Assembly: GCA_039621445.1 (NCBI GenBank)
Contig: CP154954.1
Span: 29,211,411 to 29,275,410 of the forward strand
DNA from: Euglena gracilis
Taxonomy: Eukaryota
Direction: 5' to 3'
DNA: 64,000 nucleotides
Both the position numbers and the translations under genes were made by a program. Positions 12,653-27,600 of this stretch are shown here, piece after piece. The notes under the pieces were generated by a model that did not search any database, was not told where the DNA came from, and saw only the letters and a list, made by a program, of their open reading frames with translations. Each line of letters starts with the position of its first letter. Position 1 is the stretch's first letter.

Positions 12653-15600
12653 CTGGCAGGCCCGAGGCCGCCTCATTCCCCAATGCCACACCCCAGAGCC
12701 AGAAGGGGGGGGGGGCAATGACAATTTGAAGGAGTCCGGACCCTCCCACCTTCCGGGGTTGAACTCTGGTAGAAAAGCACTATGCTATTCAAATTTTGAT
12801 TTATCCAGCCTGGATTTAATTTTGGAAGCGTTTCTTATCCCCCTGTGGCCCTGCAGTAATCCTGAGTGCATTTCTTGCAGTTCCCCTATTTTTCTGCAGT
12901 TTCTGTATTGTGAGCCTTTTCAAGGTCAACAGAGAAATTACCTCCCACCAATATTGACCACAAAAAATGCGATTTTGGGTACTTTTGGGGCAAAAATCTG
13001 TCAGATTTCAAAAAAATGGGGTCCCAGTTCCCGGCTCCAGGGGGGGGCAAAGGCTGCTAGCGACGCCCCAGTTTCGCTCAATGATTTCTGTGATATATTT
13101 TATTCATTTGCTTTGAATGCCAAATCCTTATTTACAAAGAAACATGAGAGGAAAATGCATCAGATGAAATCGACAAATCTGAAAAAGGAACGCTTGAAAG
13201 CATGCATTTTCATTTCAACGTGCAAAGCAGTTTTCATATTCTTTAAAACGTTCCCACAAAGTTGCAACTGGTGTGCTGAATGGTGGAGGACACGGTTTAA
13301 TGTAAGGAGGGGGCCTGGCTGTAGGTGAGGGGTGCCTCCCAGGGGTTATTTTTTTTAAGACCTTTAAAAAAGCCTTAAGTTTTTTGGCCAAAACGCCTTA
13401 AAAACGTTCAAGAACCTTAAAAGAAAATCATTTGGCAAATTTTTTGAAATTCAAGCAGAAAATGAGCTTGCAAAATCTGGGCAAAACAAGCCAACTCCAG
13501 GGGAAAAAAGAATTTCTGGCATCGCTGGAACATTCTCTACCCACCCAAACTCGAAAAAACGAGGTTTACGAATTTTTCGTTTTTGGATGGATTTTGGACG
13601 TTTGATGCCGGGTGGACTTCCCTTGGAAAACAGACGCCTTAAAATTTTGAAAAATGCCTTTGGGAACCTTAAAACCCTTAAAACCCGCCTTAAAAAACCT
13701 TGAAAATCTGAAAATTTACGCCTTAAAGCCAGGGCGGTCCTTAAGCAAAAAAAATTCTGTCCCAATACACTTCAACCGAAAAATAAGGATTTTGGTCGGG
13801 GAACTTTTTTGAAAATTACTTTGAAAAATGAACCCAAAATACATCGTTTTTTGATGGAAAACCACATTTTCACCAAAAAAAAAAATCTCCAAAATTTTAG
13901 GGTTGAAAATTGTTAGTTATTAGGAGGGGGATCAAAAAAATGCAGGTCAAAAAATAGGACCAAATTTTGGAGCATTCGAATTTTACTGAGAGTTTTTCTC
14001 TTTGGGAATTTTTTGGATTTTCAATGGCATTTTTTTGCTTCAAAAACCTCTCAAAGTCAAAATTTTGAGAAATGTTGAAATTTTGGAAGGTGTGAAAAAA
14101 AAATGGGGTTTGCGGGGTTTTGGGGGGGGGATCCCCATTTCGGGTCCCAAAATAGGTCAAAAAATTTTGGGGTACAAAAATTGGTGCTCCCGGAAATACG
14201 GGAAGAGGTGGGGGGGGGGGGCAGGGTTGTATGGGAATCTCCGAGGGGGGGGGACCCCTTCTGAAACTGGGGGGGGGGGGGACCCCCCCCATCTCCAGTT
14301 TTCGGTCGCCGAAAATTTCGGCCGCTTTTTGGGGGGTCAAAAGGTCAATTTTTCTGAAATTTCTCAAAAATGGTGGAGAATCAAAAGAAATGACTAATAC
14401 CTAAATTGAAGCCCTTAAAAAGCACTATCTAACAGTATATTGATTTTCTGACAACTCTCCACCTGTCCCGATTTATGGTCATTTTTGGCCATTTTGCCAA
14501 AATTTCATGTTTAGCCTCAAAAAAAGTCCTAAAGTGCACTCCCAGCGCGATTTTTTTTTTGCCTCCGCAGAGGAGGAGGGGGGGACCCCCTTCCGAAACT
14601 GGGGGGGGTGGGGGGACCCCCCCCCTACCACCTTACCCCCCTTCCAAAAATCCAAAATCCGCTGGTACTTTCGGCCAATTGGCCTGACTGTTTGTCACTT
14701 TTTTGGCCACCATTTTGCCAAGAGTTAACCGAAATGACCCAAAATTGCCAAAAATTTGGCCAAAGAAGTTTGACCAAATTTTGGCCAACTTTGACCGTCT
14801 TTTGTTGCAACATGTAAAATGTACAACTCACCAACATACAACATTGACTGTTTGATGTTTCAGTGAATGCAGTGTAGTTTCCTATTCAGATTGTTCAGTG
14901 GTATTCTTCTTCTGTTGTAGTGATCTGTTCAAAAATTATTTTGTTGGGTTGAGGAAGCAGAAAACCGCTTCTTTGCATTCTTCTGTTTTTTTTTTTCACA
15001 GGGTTTCCCCCATCATCTCCAAATGACCCAGTACTTTCGGCCAGACCTCTTCCAGGAACCTCAAAAAAAAGCCCTTTTTTTGGAAGCGGTTTTCCGCTTC
15101 CTCTTCCGTTTACAGAGCGTCAAAATTTTTGGGCAATTTACACAATGTGCAAGGGAGGGGGTTGATCAATGACTAAGTGATTGTTTGGGCTCGTTGCCAA
15201 CTTCCAGGGGAAGAGGGGAGAGGTGTGTATGGTCTTTTTCGGGGCAGGCCAGGGCAGAACGGGAAGGCCTGGTGGGGGGGGTCGACCCCCCCCCAACCGG
15301 GAGGTGGGGGGGGTCGACCCTGTTTTTTGAAAAATGAGCCCAAAATACATGATTTTTTGATGGAAAACCACATTTTTTCACAAAAAATTTTAACAATTTC
15401 AGGGTTAAATTTGGTATTTTTTAGGAGGGGGGGTGGAAAATAACGAAGGTCAAAAAAAGTGGACCAAATTTTGGCACAGTCAGAATTTTACTGACAATTT
15501 TTCTCTTGGAAGTTTTTTTGGATTTTCAATGGCTTTTTTTTGCTTCTAAAAACTCTCAAAATGAATTGTTGAGAAAATTTTGAATCTTTGGAAGGTGGGG

Positions 15601-18600
15601 AAAAAATGGGGTTTTGAGGGGTTTTTGGGGGGACCTCCCAAAATGGGTCAAAAAAAAAACACCCGGCGCCAAAAGCGCCGGAAAAATTTTTTCGGGTCCA
15701 AAAATTGGTGCTGGGGGGGGGGCGGTCCTCAAGGGGGCGGTCCTTAACTAAAAAAAAAAAATCCCGTCCCTTATGGACCGCCCTGCTTAAAGCAATACCC
15801 CCTGGTGCCTCCCTCCCTTCCTTGACTGGGGGTCCAGACCGAAAGTTTGGGCTTGCTGGGAAAAGGCTGCTGACCCCCCCCTCCCCCAGCTGGAACTGGA
15901 CCTGAACCAGGGTCGAACTGGGTACAAAAAAATCGAACCTGCAAAAATGCCCTCCAAAAAAAACCTATTTTGACCCAAAATATGCCCCGGCCAGCCAAAT
16001 TCTGACTTATTTTGCCCATATTTTCGCCATTTTTTTGCACTCCGAAATCAGAGATTCCGTTACCTTCCAGCAGGGGGGGGGGTATGCAACTTGGCCCTTC
16101 GAATTATGCAAGTCAAAAAAATGCAAAAAATGCAAAAAAAATGCAACTTGCATAAAACCCCTGAGAAAAGGCCGGAATATAATAGAGTTTTTCTGCCTAA
16201 AATCCGTAAACACCTGTCAATGGTTCACAAAGAAGACCTCCTGGAAGACAATGGCAAGCACTGAAGCTTTGAAAATCAACATGAATGGCACCTGCACGTT
16301 CAGTCTAAGCAAATCGTCCCTCCAGGTCACCATTGAACATCAATAAAAATGACAAAAACAAACTCGGAAAACATTCACTCCTCTGCAAAGCTGCCTTTTA
16401 ATAGGGTGAAAGTATCAAAGACGCCAGGCAACTGCAGAGGGACCAGAGACAAAACATGACATGGCGACCAACTACAAAAAAAATTTCCAGGCAAAAAATT
16501 TTACGCAAAAAAAATGCAAAAAAAATGCAAAAAAAGCAAATTTCGGGAAAACCTGATTATGCAAAAAAAAGCAAATCATGCAAGTTGCATATTCCCCCCC
16601 CTGCTGCCAGCCGCCCAAAAGGCAGCTTGAAAAAAAAAGCGTCCAGGGGAGGAGGGGCTGGAAAAAGTTGCTGGCTGGAGATAAAACTGCTGATGGCTGG
16701 ACCCCGCTCCCAAGGTGCAGGGTGGGGTCCTCTTCCGCTTAAACAATGGCCTGCCTATGTACATCCCCAAACTGATATTCTTTCCTTTTTCGTTCGCAAA
16801 ATCCCCTGCAGAGGTTTTGGAATATGTGAAAATTTCTACTGGACATGTGGGGTACCCCCTACCAGAGCAAAGCACGCCCATCAGGTCCTGGCTGGTGTCA
16901 TCTGTATGATCAGCGGCTGGGTCCACTTCACCCCTGTGGCAGAGAAGGCCAAATAACGGAGGCGTTTGTGTTACGCAAAATGTTTGCTGTACCCACTTTG
17001 ATAGTTTGCTGTTGTGTTCAGGGATTTTTTTCCTCTGGCATTAGCCAAAGAAAATCCCAGTGGTTTCAAAACCTGTTGTAAACAGGATGCTGAAAGATTA
17101 CCTAAGGTTCTCTGCCCATTTTGGCAGTATTTTTGAGGGTCGATTTTTCTGGCAAAGTATAATTTTGGCCAGACACCCTCGGGCAGGGCCGTAAGCGAGC
17201 GTTGGTTTTGCACGGGGGAGGGGAGGGGGCGGTCCGACCACCCCGGGCTGGGGGGGGGGGGTCAACCCTCTGGAGCCAGAAAAACTTTCTTCTTTTCTGC
17301 TTTCCACCAGAAAAGAATAGCCAAAATTCATATGATTTGATAAATAATTTGCAATTCATTTTCACAAGTTTCTCAAAAATGCCATTTTTGACAATTTTTT
17401 TTAAAAAACTTTTTAAATAATTTCTGGAGCTTTGCACAGAAAATTTTTGAGGTAAAGCCCATTTCAGCTCCCCCCCCCCCCCGAGTCCGCAGCCTGGCTG
17501 GTAGCTGCTGGAAAAAAGGTTTTGGCTGGCTGGACCTCCATCGAGGGGGTAAGGTAAGGTAAGGTAAGGTGAGGAAAGGTAAGGTAAGGTAAGGTAAGGT
17601 AAGGTAAAGTAAGGTAAGGTAAGGTAAGGTCAAGAAACACCTGCAAGCGAGGCATCTGCACACCGGAGCTGCAGCCCATTGTTCAGGCACATCAGGCTTT
17701 GCTTCGCGTTGCCTGTTGTTGCGTTCAGGTTCATGATGCGGGAGAACGCCTGCACCGCCGCCATGTCCTGCGCTGGTACGTTCGGCGGGGTGGCCAGCTG
17801 GCCGCTGCTGCCACCACCGCTGCTGCTGCTCTCGGCGGGGGGCGGCCGCTGGGTGGGCTGGGTTCAAGGCCGTTCGTCCAGGTCCAGGTATCTCAGCCAC
17901 AATGACGGAAACCAGCAGCAACGACGGGAGCCAGGAAACTGTCCGCATGACAAGTTGGCGAGTGTGGGGGGTTGAAATGTACGTGTAATGTAGTGCCATG
18001 TATTGTAATGTAATGAAATGCGATATGATGTGATATGATGCTATGTAATGAATGTAATGTAATGCAATGCAATGCAATGCAATGCAATGCAATGCAATGC
18101 AATGCAATGCAATGCAATGCAACATAACGTAATGCAATGTAATGCAATGTTAGGTTCCGAGTAGGGGTGGGGAGCGAACTTGGGCATATTTGACACAAGC
18201 TACCGCCTTATTCACAGAGGGCATTTCCATTGTAAAAAAAAAAATCAAACACCCTGATTTCAATGGGGTAAATATCACAGGGGGCTGATGTCAAAGACCC
18301 TCCCCAAACCTTCATTAGGGAGGGGTTCAGAATCTTCAATGGGCATCACATTGGACATCGTATGGGCCTTTCCCACCTTCGGACCATACAATTTTTTTAC
18401 CGACCCCGGGGGGGAGGGGGGTCACTCCACTTTTTGAAAAACCAGTCAGTCACTTTTTTCAGGAAACCAGTCAGTCACTACCCCCCCCGGGGGGGGGGGG
18501 TCGGCCACTCTGGAATCCAAAGGAAATTTGACCCAAAACATGCAAAAAAGGCCCAAAAAAATTTTCCGGCGCCTTCGGCGCCGGGTCACTTTAGTAATTT

Positions 18601-21600
18601 TTTGCCGACCCCCCCTCCCCAGGCGACCCCCCCTCCGAAAAAACCAGTCACCCACCCCGGGGGGGGGGGGGGTCGGCCAGTGCTTAAAAAATTGTCTGCT
18701 TCGGACCTTTTTGTCTGGGGGACGGACAGCCTTGGAGGCCATTGGTATTCATTCCACCGAGGGGGCTCCGGCTGGGGGAGTGGCTGCAAGGAGTGAACAT
18801 TTGAAAGAGATGGAAGTGGCGCCATCTCACCATAAAATTTTGGTTAAAGCAAAATACCAGGGAAGGGAGCAGGGCGTTTTTCATCGACCCCCCCCCCCCG
18901 GAGGTCAAGCTCAGAGGCTGGAAAATTATGGCTGGCTGGAAAAAGGCTGCTGGCTGATCCCCCCCTCCGCCGGGTCCCGGGCGGGAACTGGGCCCGACCT
19001 GGGGTCGAACCGGGTACCAAAAAAATCGGAATCGCAAAAAAATGTCCAAAAAAACTGCCAATTATGCAAGAAAAATGCGATTTTTGACCATATTTGCCAT
19101 GACCAGCCCTCTTCCGACCCATTTTCGCCCATTTTGACCCATTTTTTTTGCCCATTTTTGACCCACTTTTGCCCGTTTTGCACCCAATGGCGAAAAATCA
19201 GTTGCCATCCAGCTGCAGAGGGCGGCTGGAAACAAATAAACCTCGTTGAGCGGGGGAGGGGGGTCCGGGGCTGGAAACAGGCTGCTGGCTGGAAAAAGGC
19301 TGCTGGCTGGACCGGGGGGGGGGGTCAAACTTTCTCAAGCTACGCCCTGGAAGGGAAGGAGGAATTAGAAGAGTGGCTAGAGTGGGGGAAAATGCCAAAC
19401 CTGGTCAGGTCGATTACTGAGCCAGGCAAGTACACAAGAAATGCCTGAGTGGATTCATTCTTTGGACCTCGTGGTTAAATGAGAGCAATGTGGGCGGGCC
19501 GAGACAAGCGCGAGGGAGGCGGGTCTGAAGGGAACCTCCGACTAGGGCAGTCACTTGAAGGGATCGACCTGATCTTCCTCTTCGTTGTCCATGCGGTTCG
19601 CGACGCGGCGGTCCTTCTCCGCCCGGCTCTCGGCGTACTTCACCTCGATGGGGCGGTCCATGCCGGGCAGCTGCAGCATGTTGAGGCCCTGGATGGCTGC
19701 TGTGGCCTCCGCGGTGGAGGAGTAACGCACCATGCCGCTGCCGATGTTGCCCCCTGAACACCGGGGGGGGGGGGGGGGAAACCAGAAAGCTCAAAATAAG
19801 CAAAACAAGAGGAAAAAAAGTGAAAAAAAAAAAAACATGCACATACGTTTAATGCAATTGCAAAAATGCAAAAAAAAAATGCAAAATGAGAGGTCAAAAA
19901 TACACAAAATGAATGCAAAACCACACATTTTCCAATACGAAAATAATAAATGATAATGACAATGATAAAATATGCAAAAATTGTTAGCTTGAACACCACT
20001 CCTCCAGCTGAGCACGCATGGCATGGACCAGGGAAATGTATCTCCAGCCATTGCAGGTCAGAAATGATATTTACAACTCTGTGCAGAGGAAGGAAGGGGA
20101 AACAAATTGGAGATTCAAAAAAACCACCAGATGGAAGGAATGGAGAATGCTGCAGCTCTGGTGCAAGACTGCTCATGGGCTCGGTGGCTCTTGGTTTCAC
20201 TTTCGCTTTGGTGTTACCGCATCTCCAAAACCCCTGCCCTAGCCCACCTCCCCACTAAATACTCCCAGATCTCACCGAATTCAAACAAATCACCCCTACT
20301 CTTTAATCCCTGAAACTTGGTTGAGAATCTTCCACCAACCCATTGCAGGAAATGGGAAGAATTTAAATCAACGCCTCTTTATTCGGCTGAGTGATCAGAC
20401 ACGTGAATCTTCAAGCAAGCAAGGCACCTGTCTCAACATCGTCAAGTCCGTCGCGGGCGAAGCGGCGGCGACGCGGAGGCTCCGCGTACGAGTCGCGGTG
20501 ACGTAGAGGTCGGACGGGCACTGGCCTTGTGGTCCGCAGCTTCACCCGAATGAACCGGCCCGCAGGGTGGCGGGGGCCATGCTGAGGGGCAGACAACTGC
20601 CCCCCCCCCCGAGAAGCGGGTTTGGTAGGGTGCGAACCGGGTGAGGGTGCGGGGGCAGGGGGGTGGGGTGGTTAGCTTAGGGGACCCTCCTAAAGAACAG
20701 TCCGAAAGCAAAGCCCACTGGTGTATCTGATTCTGACCAGAGGGGGAGGCACGGGGTTCCCCCCGACGACCGGGGGACCTGACCTGGATTCGGGCCTGCC
20801 CCCTTCAACACCCCAATGGGGAAAGGACAGTGACGGGCCCCTGGCTCGAATCATTCCGTTCATCGCCATCGCCCGCCCAGCGGATGGGGGGGAAAGGCCA
20901 GGGAGGATCACAACGCAGGGGGGGGATTGATATCGGAGGCCTTCGGAAAAATTGCGGAAAAAAAGGGAAAAATTGCGGAAAATTGCGAAAAATTGCGGAA
21001 AAAACGGACACATCTGACTGAGGAAGAAACAAAATTGTGAGTTCAGACCGCAACACGTCGCACGCGAGCACAAATCAACAGGCCAGCGCACAATAACCAG
21101 GGCCCCTTTGCAGAACAGTGGGAAACAGGGGAAAAACCAAAACAAAAAAAACTTGCCATGCTGAACAACAAACACATAGAACTTGCCACTTGATCTTTGA
21201 AAAATTCCTGCCTAAATGGAAAAAACCTTGCGGAAAAAAAATGGGATTTCTGCGGAAATGGGGAGGAAAATTGCCGTTGATCGAAATTGCGGAAATTGGG
21301 TCCTGCCCCTTCAATTGGGAAACAATGTGGGGAAATGCGGAATTGCGGATCGACCATCATTCCGTTCATCGCCGTCACCGCAGCCTGGGCCATCCCTGGG
21401 AGGGGGCCAAAGGATCACAACGTTGGGAAAAACCGTGATCCCACTGCACCACACGGAGGGGGGAAACACAACGATGTCATCACATTAGTCTTTCCATCAC
21501 TTTTTTTCACCAAGGGGTTAATAATGTCCCCATCGACGGAGGTACCAGGTTATTTTTTAAGGCGTCTTAAAAAATTAAACCTTTAACAGTCTTGGAAGCC

Positions 21601-24600
21601 TTAAAAAAGAACATTAAAAGATTGTTTTTCTACGGGGGTCGTAAACGTTGGGTGTCAAAATAAGTGGAGGGGGCACACCAGCAAAACAATTTTGTCCGGA
21701 TATCTTCCAACTACATTTCCTGTGTTCTCATTATTACCATGTGAAATTACAATTTGAGGGGAGTTTCCCACAAGAGTGTCTGCTCCAAACCCCCCAGGAA
21801 CTAATTGTCAAGGTCCTTGGTGCCCCCTTTCCAGAGTCAAAATTGAAAATGCACTGTGAAATACCCAGAGAAGTGGGTGTAAAGACGCTTGGTTGATGAA
21901 TTCATCTCGCTGGTGCTCTGCTAGCTTTGCCAACGATTTCTGATTGATTGTGCTTGCCATACTCTCAAGAAACAGTGGAATTACACATTCTTGTTGGTCG
22001 TTTTTGTGGCAGTTCTTCCCACCAAGAAAGGGTGGTGCATACTTGGTTGAATCAGTGATCAACACATAAATCACACGTGACGAGGAACGCTGCACCAGGC
22101 TTGATCCAACTGCCACGGAGGAGGGGGTTTAGAAATGCTCTGCTAGGCATAACCCCCACCCCCTGGGGGCAAATGTCGGCACACAGGGTCCACGGGTCCA
22201 AAAAAAAAGGGGGTACTCCTTTTCAAGGCCTGGCACCTTCACCTTGCTCAGGGGTCAGAGTCTGAGTCTTGAGTCCCTTCGTCCCTGAGTCGCTTGTCCA
22301 GAGAGGTATCCCCGGGACTGGGCACTCTCACACACACATTGCACACCCACACACACACACACACCACTCACACACGCACACATGCATTCACACACGCAAT
22401 GGACCTGATGTTGTGTATTGCACAAAGCCGATACCATCATGCCATTGTTGACTCAGTTCAGGGTGGAATTCCACTTCAAAAAATAATCAGACGTCTCCGG
22501 ACCCCCCACCCTCAAATGGGCTCAGCTATCCACCCATGTAAATAAAAAATGGCGCAAAAGTGGTGCATTTTTCTGGCAAGTTGTTAAAGACATTTCCGGC
22601 TTCGTCGGGTGTACGCTTTGGCCACTTCTGGCCGAGCCCACCTTGGAGTGGGGGGGGGGGGGGTGGCAGTCACCGTGGTCAGCAATGGGATGGCTAGGGC
22701 TCTGGCCCTGCTTCCGGGCCACTCGGCAGCTCATCACCGTGCCGTGGGCAGAGAAGAGTTCCTTCAGCCCCTCCTTCGTGATGCGGTCGGGCAGGTTGGA
22801 GATGTAGAGGTTGGTCCCAGTGTTGAGCTCCTGGAGGCGGTACCCGGCCGCTGATATCTGGGCCTGAGGGCCCAGAACGGGAAGCCCAACGGGGTAGGGT
22901 GCGGTGTATGGCACTGCAGGGGCAACTGGCAGTGGAGGCGGGCTGTAAACCGGGCCACTTGCTACGACGGGAGGTGGCGCTGCTGCAGCCAGTAGAGTGT
23001 CTCATGAAAAAAAAATGGCATCAGGATGGCAAATTCCAAGTTTGCAACGTTGATCACCAGTGCACTTTTTATAACTTCTTAATTATTACACATGTTATCA
23101 TTCTATTTTTATTCACAATTACACATAAAGCTAAATTGTTCGGTTTAAACATGATTAAACATATTGCTTCTGAAAACCTGCTCCCATGCATTCCCCATGC
23201 ATTGTAACATGCAACCTATCACCCCCCTGGACCGACCATCAAACTTCCCCCCCCCCCCAACAGATGTGCACCATCGCACCCCCACCCTCCTCCAATTAAT
23301 CGATCCGAAAACGTGCACAAAAAGGAGAACATTGATGCGCAACCCAAAAAGGTAATTCCAATTGAAGCCGGTACCACAAAATCATTCTGGTCGGTTTTGA
23401 AGTACTAAATGGGGCACAATACTTGGCCAAATCACAAGAAATTGACAAGGGGATGTCATGAAAAAATATTTAAAACAGATTGCGTGGTTTGTGATTTTGA
23501 CAAATTCACAATAAATGTGCCGAGGAGGTCAAAATTTGGTTCCTAAAAAAAAGTGCGCATCCGTGCACTTATTGGGAGGGGGTTACTGATAACACCAGAG
23601 GGGGAAACAACGCGAACATGAAAAATGTGCAAGACACACATGCAGCACTGGAAAAAAACAGGTGAGCAACAATGGGCAGGAGGGAATACCACACAAACAA
23701 CGCAACGACAGATTCCAGAAATCAACAAAACCAAAATGCAGAAGACAATGTAAAAAGTTAGCTGGAGGACAGTTTTCCAGAAGCAAATTATCCAAGGTAG
23801 GTAAAACAGCAACAGGAACAACAACATAGAAATATTTTCTGCCAGAATACAACTGAACCCACCTTGATAAACTCCCTCCGTTCATTATTTATTTATTATT
23901 TTAATAATTCAACAGAACTTAAGGATCCTCGGGATAGCTCCGCATTGCGCCACCGCTCTTTACCACATTAATGCCATTTGGGACCCGTTTCTGAAAGACT
24001 TTCACTGCAGTTTCCGATTATTATTGAAGGAAGCGTACCATGTATTTTCTAACAATCAGTTGTGAATGGTCCTTCTCAAACACCAAGTCAGAAATCTCTT
24101 TTTTTTTTCACTGTGGAACACCCCATGAGGCGGTTTAATTTCTTTCCACCATCAATAATGGCTAGATTAACAATGTTCAGGGGGGGGGGATGCGCTGGAC
24201 GGCCCTCGGAAAAAAAATGCGCAAAAAATGCGCAAAAAAAAACGCGCAAAAAAATGCGCTGAGTTTGTGACATTCCTAAGGGACTTAGAAAAGGACTTAG
24301 AAAAATTTCCAACAGTAAACCCAAAATTAAACCAAAATCACCAAAAAGAGCTGAAATGAAGGCATTTTGGCCAAAAAATGCATGACCAAGGCGTCACTCT
24401 CCGTTCACCATAACCAACAATGTCAGCCATGGTTGCCCCTTACTTGTGACCAGGGGAGTGGGATTCCCGCCTTGGTTACGTGTCAATGTGGGGTCTCTGA
24501 AACCCCTGGTGTCCTCATCGTCATTGGATGAGTACTCACACCTCATCACCCAAGGGTTTTCTCTTGACGCGGGTCCCTTGGGTGGAAAAAAGTGCAAAAA

Positions 24601-27600
24601 TGGGTTCGTTGGTTACAGAAATGGGTCAGTTGAACGTGGGCAAAATTCGGTGAGCAATGTGATTTGGGTGGAAAATGTGCAAAAATGGCAAAATGTGCAA
24701 AATTGGGCAAAAAATGCGCAAAAAAAATGCGCAAAAATGGAAAATATGCAAAATTGGGCAAAAAAATGCTCCAAAAAATGCGCAAAAAATGGAAAATGTG
24801 CAAAAACGGGGGGGGGGGAATGTGCAAAAAAAAATGCGCAAAAATGTGCATTTTTGAAAAATTGACAAAAATGCGCAAAAAAAATGCGCAAAAATGCGGA
24901 AAAATGCGCAACGCATTTCCCCCCCTGCAATGTTAATAATATTAATATTTTAATTTCTGTCAGCCAGGCAAAATTCTCTGAACACCTGGAACAACTTTTG
25001 GTTTTTTTTAAAAAAATGCTGTTGCAACCACAGCTTGGGATAAACCTGCTGGGGCAAACATGTAGCCAAGAGACTCGTCGTCCCTCTCAGGAGCAACATG
25101 CTCTTCCTGGAGGGCTCCCGACCAAAGGGGGCGGTGGGGAGCGCCTGGAAGTTAACTTGCTTGGAAATATGAGTCACTCTGTGGTTGGAAGGACAGGCAC
25201 TGTCGGAGCTGGGATGGAGAAAAGATTGGGGCTGGGCATTGATTGACCATCAACCGCACACGGATAATGACTTCATCAGAGGGAAGCGTTTCACAGTCGC
25301 GGAGAAAGCCCAAGTGAACTGATACAAAAAGAAAAGAGCAGAAACGTTGTTTTGGAGTGAATTTTTCCGGAATGGGGAAATGGGTAAATGAACGTCCACC
25401 CGGGAACGATGGGAGGGGGCTGGGGCTGGGGAGGGACCCCGCTGAACAGGGTTCCCATCGGCCCAGGCGTTGCAGGGATGGGAGGGACCACAATGGGGGC
25501 CACGGGGCCGGGCCCAAAGAGAGGCGGGCTGGCGGGCAGCAGGCTGGGGGGTGCAAGGTGGAGCGGTCCTGACAAGCCCACTGCCGGAGGTAATGGGGTC
25601 AAGGACTGGCTTGCAACCGTGAAGATGTGGTCCAAAAGTTCTGGAGTGTGAGTATTGAAAGATCAAAAAACCACAACACAGGCCTGATAAACGCTAGAAA
25701 CTGGCATTGTTCCACTCATGAACGTCATCCACTGGGTGGGTCAGTTAAAGCATTTTTGACCCACCCTCGGGATCCCCCACGCAAGGAACAGGGCCAGGGT
25801 TCGATATAAGGACAGGTGGGGGGGGTCCGACCCCCCCCCCCTGCGGGCCAGGAGGGGGGGGGGTGGGGGGACACCCCCCCCCACCTACCGACTTTCAGCC
25901 CGGCGCGAAGCGCCGGGCCGAAAATTTTTGACCCCCCAAAATGACCAAAAGTGCCATTTTGGGCACTTTTTGGGCAAAAATGTGCCAAAAATGCAAAATA
26001 TTTTCGGCGCAAAGCGCCGGAGGAAAAAATTGACCCTTTTGGGGGGGGGTCCCGGGAACCCCCCCCCGAGGGTCGGTCCGGGCCCCCCTGGCAGGTGGGG
26101 GGGGGGGTGGTCCGGAGTCAGGCTTTTGCTTAAGGACCCCCGGGGGGGGGGGGGGATACTGGCTAGCCAATCGGCTAGACACTGGAAATAGTGGACTAGC
26201 TAGACCCCCCCTCCCCCCGGGGGGGGGGGGTCCGGGGGTCCCCCGGACTGGAAAAAAATTTTTCCTCCGGCGCTGCGCGCCGGAGGAAAAATGAGGTTTT
26301 TAACAGGTTTTTGGCTGATTTTGTTCCAAAAATTCCCAAAAATGGCCAAAACGGGCATTTTTGGGGGTCCCAAAAAAATTTTCGGCGCTTCGCGCCGGTC
26401 ACTGGAAAAAAAATTTCCACTAGCTAGCCCTGCTAGAAAACCCACTAGCCAAATTTGGACTAGCTGCAGTCCAGCCCCCCCCCCCGGGGGGGTACTGCAA
26501 TCCCTTAAGCAAAAGCCTGGTCCGGACCCCCCCTGCGGGCCAGGAGGGGGGGGGGGTGGGGGACACCCCCCACCTAAACCATGTACGCCCTCCTTATATC
26601 AAACCCTGTTGGGTCAACTGCCCCCCACATCCAATACGCCAAGGCGGGGTTGGTATGAGCCCCATATGAACCCTACAAACCCCGAGGACAATGAAAAGAA
26701 AAGCAGGCAATGATACTCCTTCGCTGCTGGGTTCAACTGGTCCCATTTACAATTCAACCTTGGCTTGCAGAATTCACAATAACTAAAACATTTTCGAGCT
26801 GAAGTTTTTAAGGTGTCCTGATTTCAGAAGGCTTCAAACGAATTTTTAAGGAACAAGAGGGACCGGTGGGGTGAGTGTTTGGTTATCTTTTTGGTATCAT
26901 TCAGCATTGGTATGCTGGGGGAACAAAACACCTTGTAATTCGCAGCATGGTTTTGCTGGAGACCAAAGAGCACTTCACCCATTTCGGCTCCTTCTAGACA
27001 TCAAAAGCTCAAACCGACTGCCCTTATTGGCGATCACCACGAGAATCAGGGAATGGAGGGAATGAATGTATGTATGTGAATTTGGTGATGACAATCCATG
27101 TTTGGGGGAGTTAAGGTAAACTGAGCAGGCTGGCCAGCTATTTGTCCACCTGGGGGCATCGGCATAGCAAATCTGACTCAACGAGGAGGGATTTTTGAAG
27201 ATTAAAAGGCTGTGATTCAAAACAAAAGCATTTTGACCCATTTTTTGAAGAAAAAAACCGTTCGGAGTTTAAAAAAAAAACTGGTGAGATCCCATACCCA
27301 TGCAAACCTGCGAAATAATCCATTTTTTCCAAACACAAAAAGAAATGCATGGATGGATTACTAGTTAAGGTAATGCACGTCATCGGGAACCTGAAGCTGA
27401 GACAAATGCCAAGCGGACTCAAATGAAAAGTGCCAGGAGAGCCCAAAGGGCCGGCACCTGGATTCCAACCTTCCGCGGCGGCTGCAGGGGCATTTGGAAT
27501 CCCAATAGACGGCGGAAGCGGTGGACCACTGGGCGGGAAGCCTCCACCTGCCGGAGGGGTGGGAGAGAGGGTGGAGGGGGCGTACACAGTGATGCTGCGC

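Noticed and set aside
15001-15060. Extra exon of the RRM gene (FLEEVWPKVLGH...)
   Set aside because: It lies inside the TSD-bounded 13340-15804 element and has no suitable donor.
18528-19448. 306-aa ORF
   Set aside because: It spans two MITEs, has low-complexity composition and shows no recognisable motifs.
24546-24936. Overlapping F/K/C-rich ORFs
   Set aside because: They derive from degenerate AAAAATGCGC short repeats.
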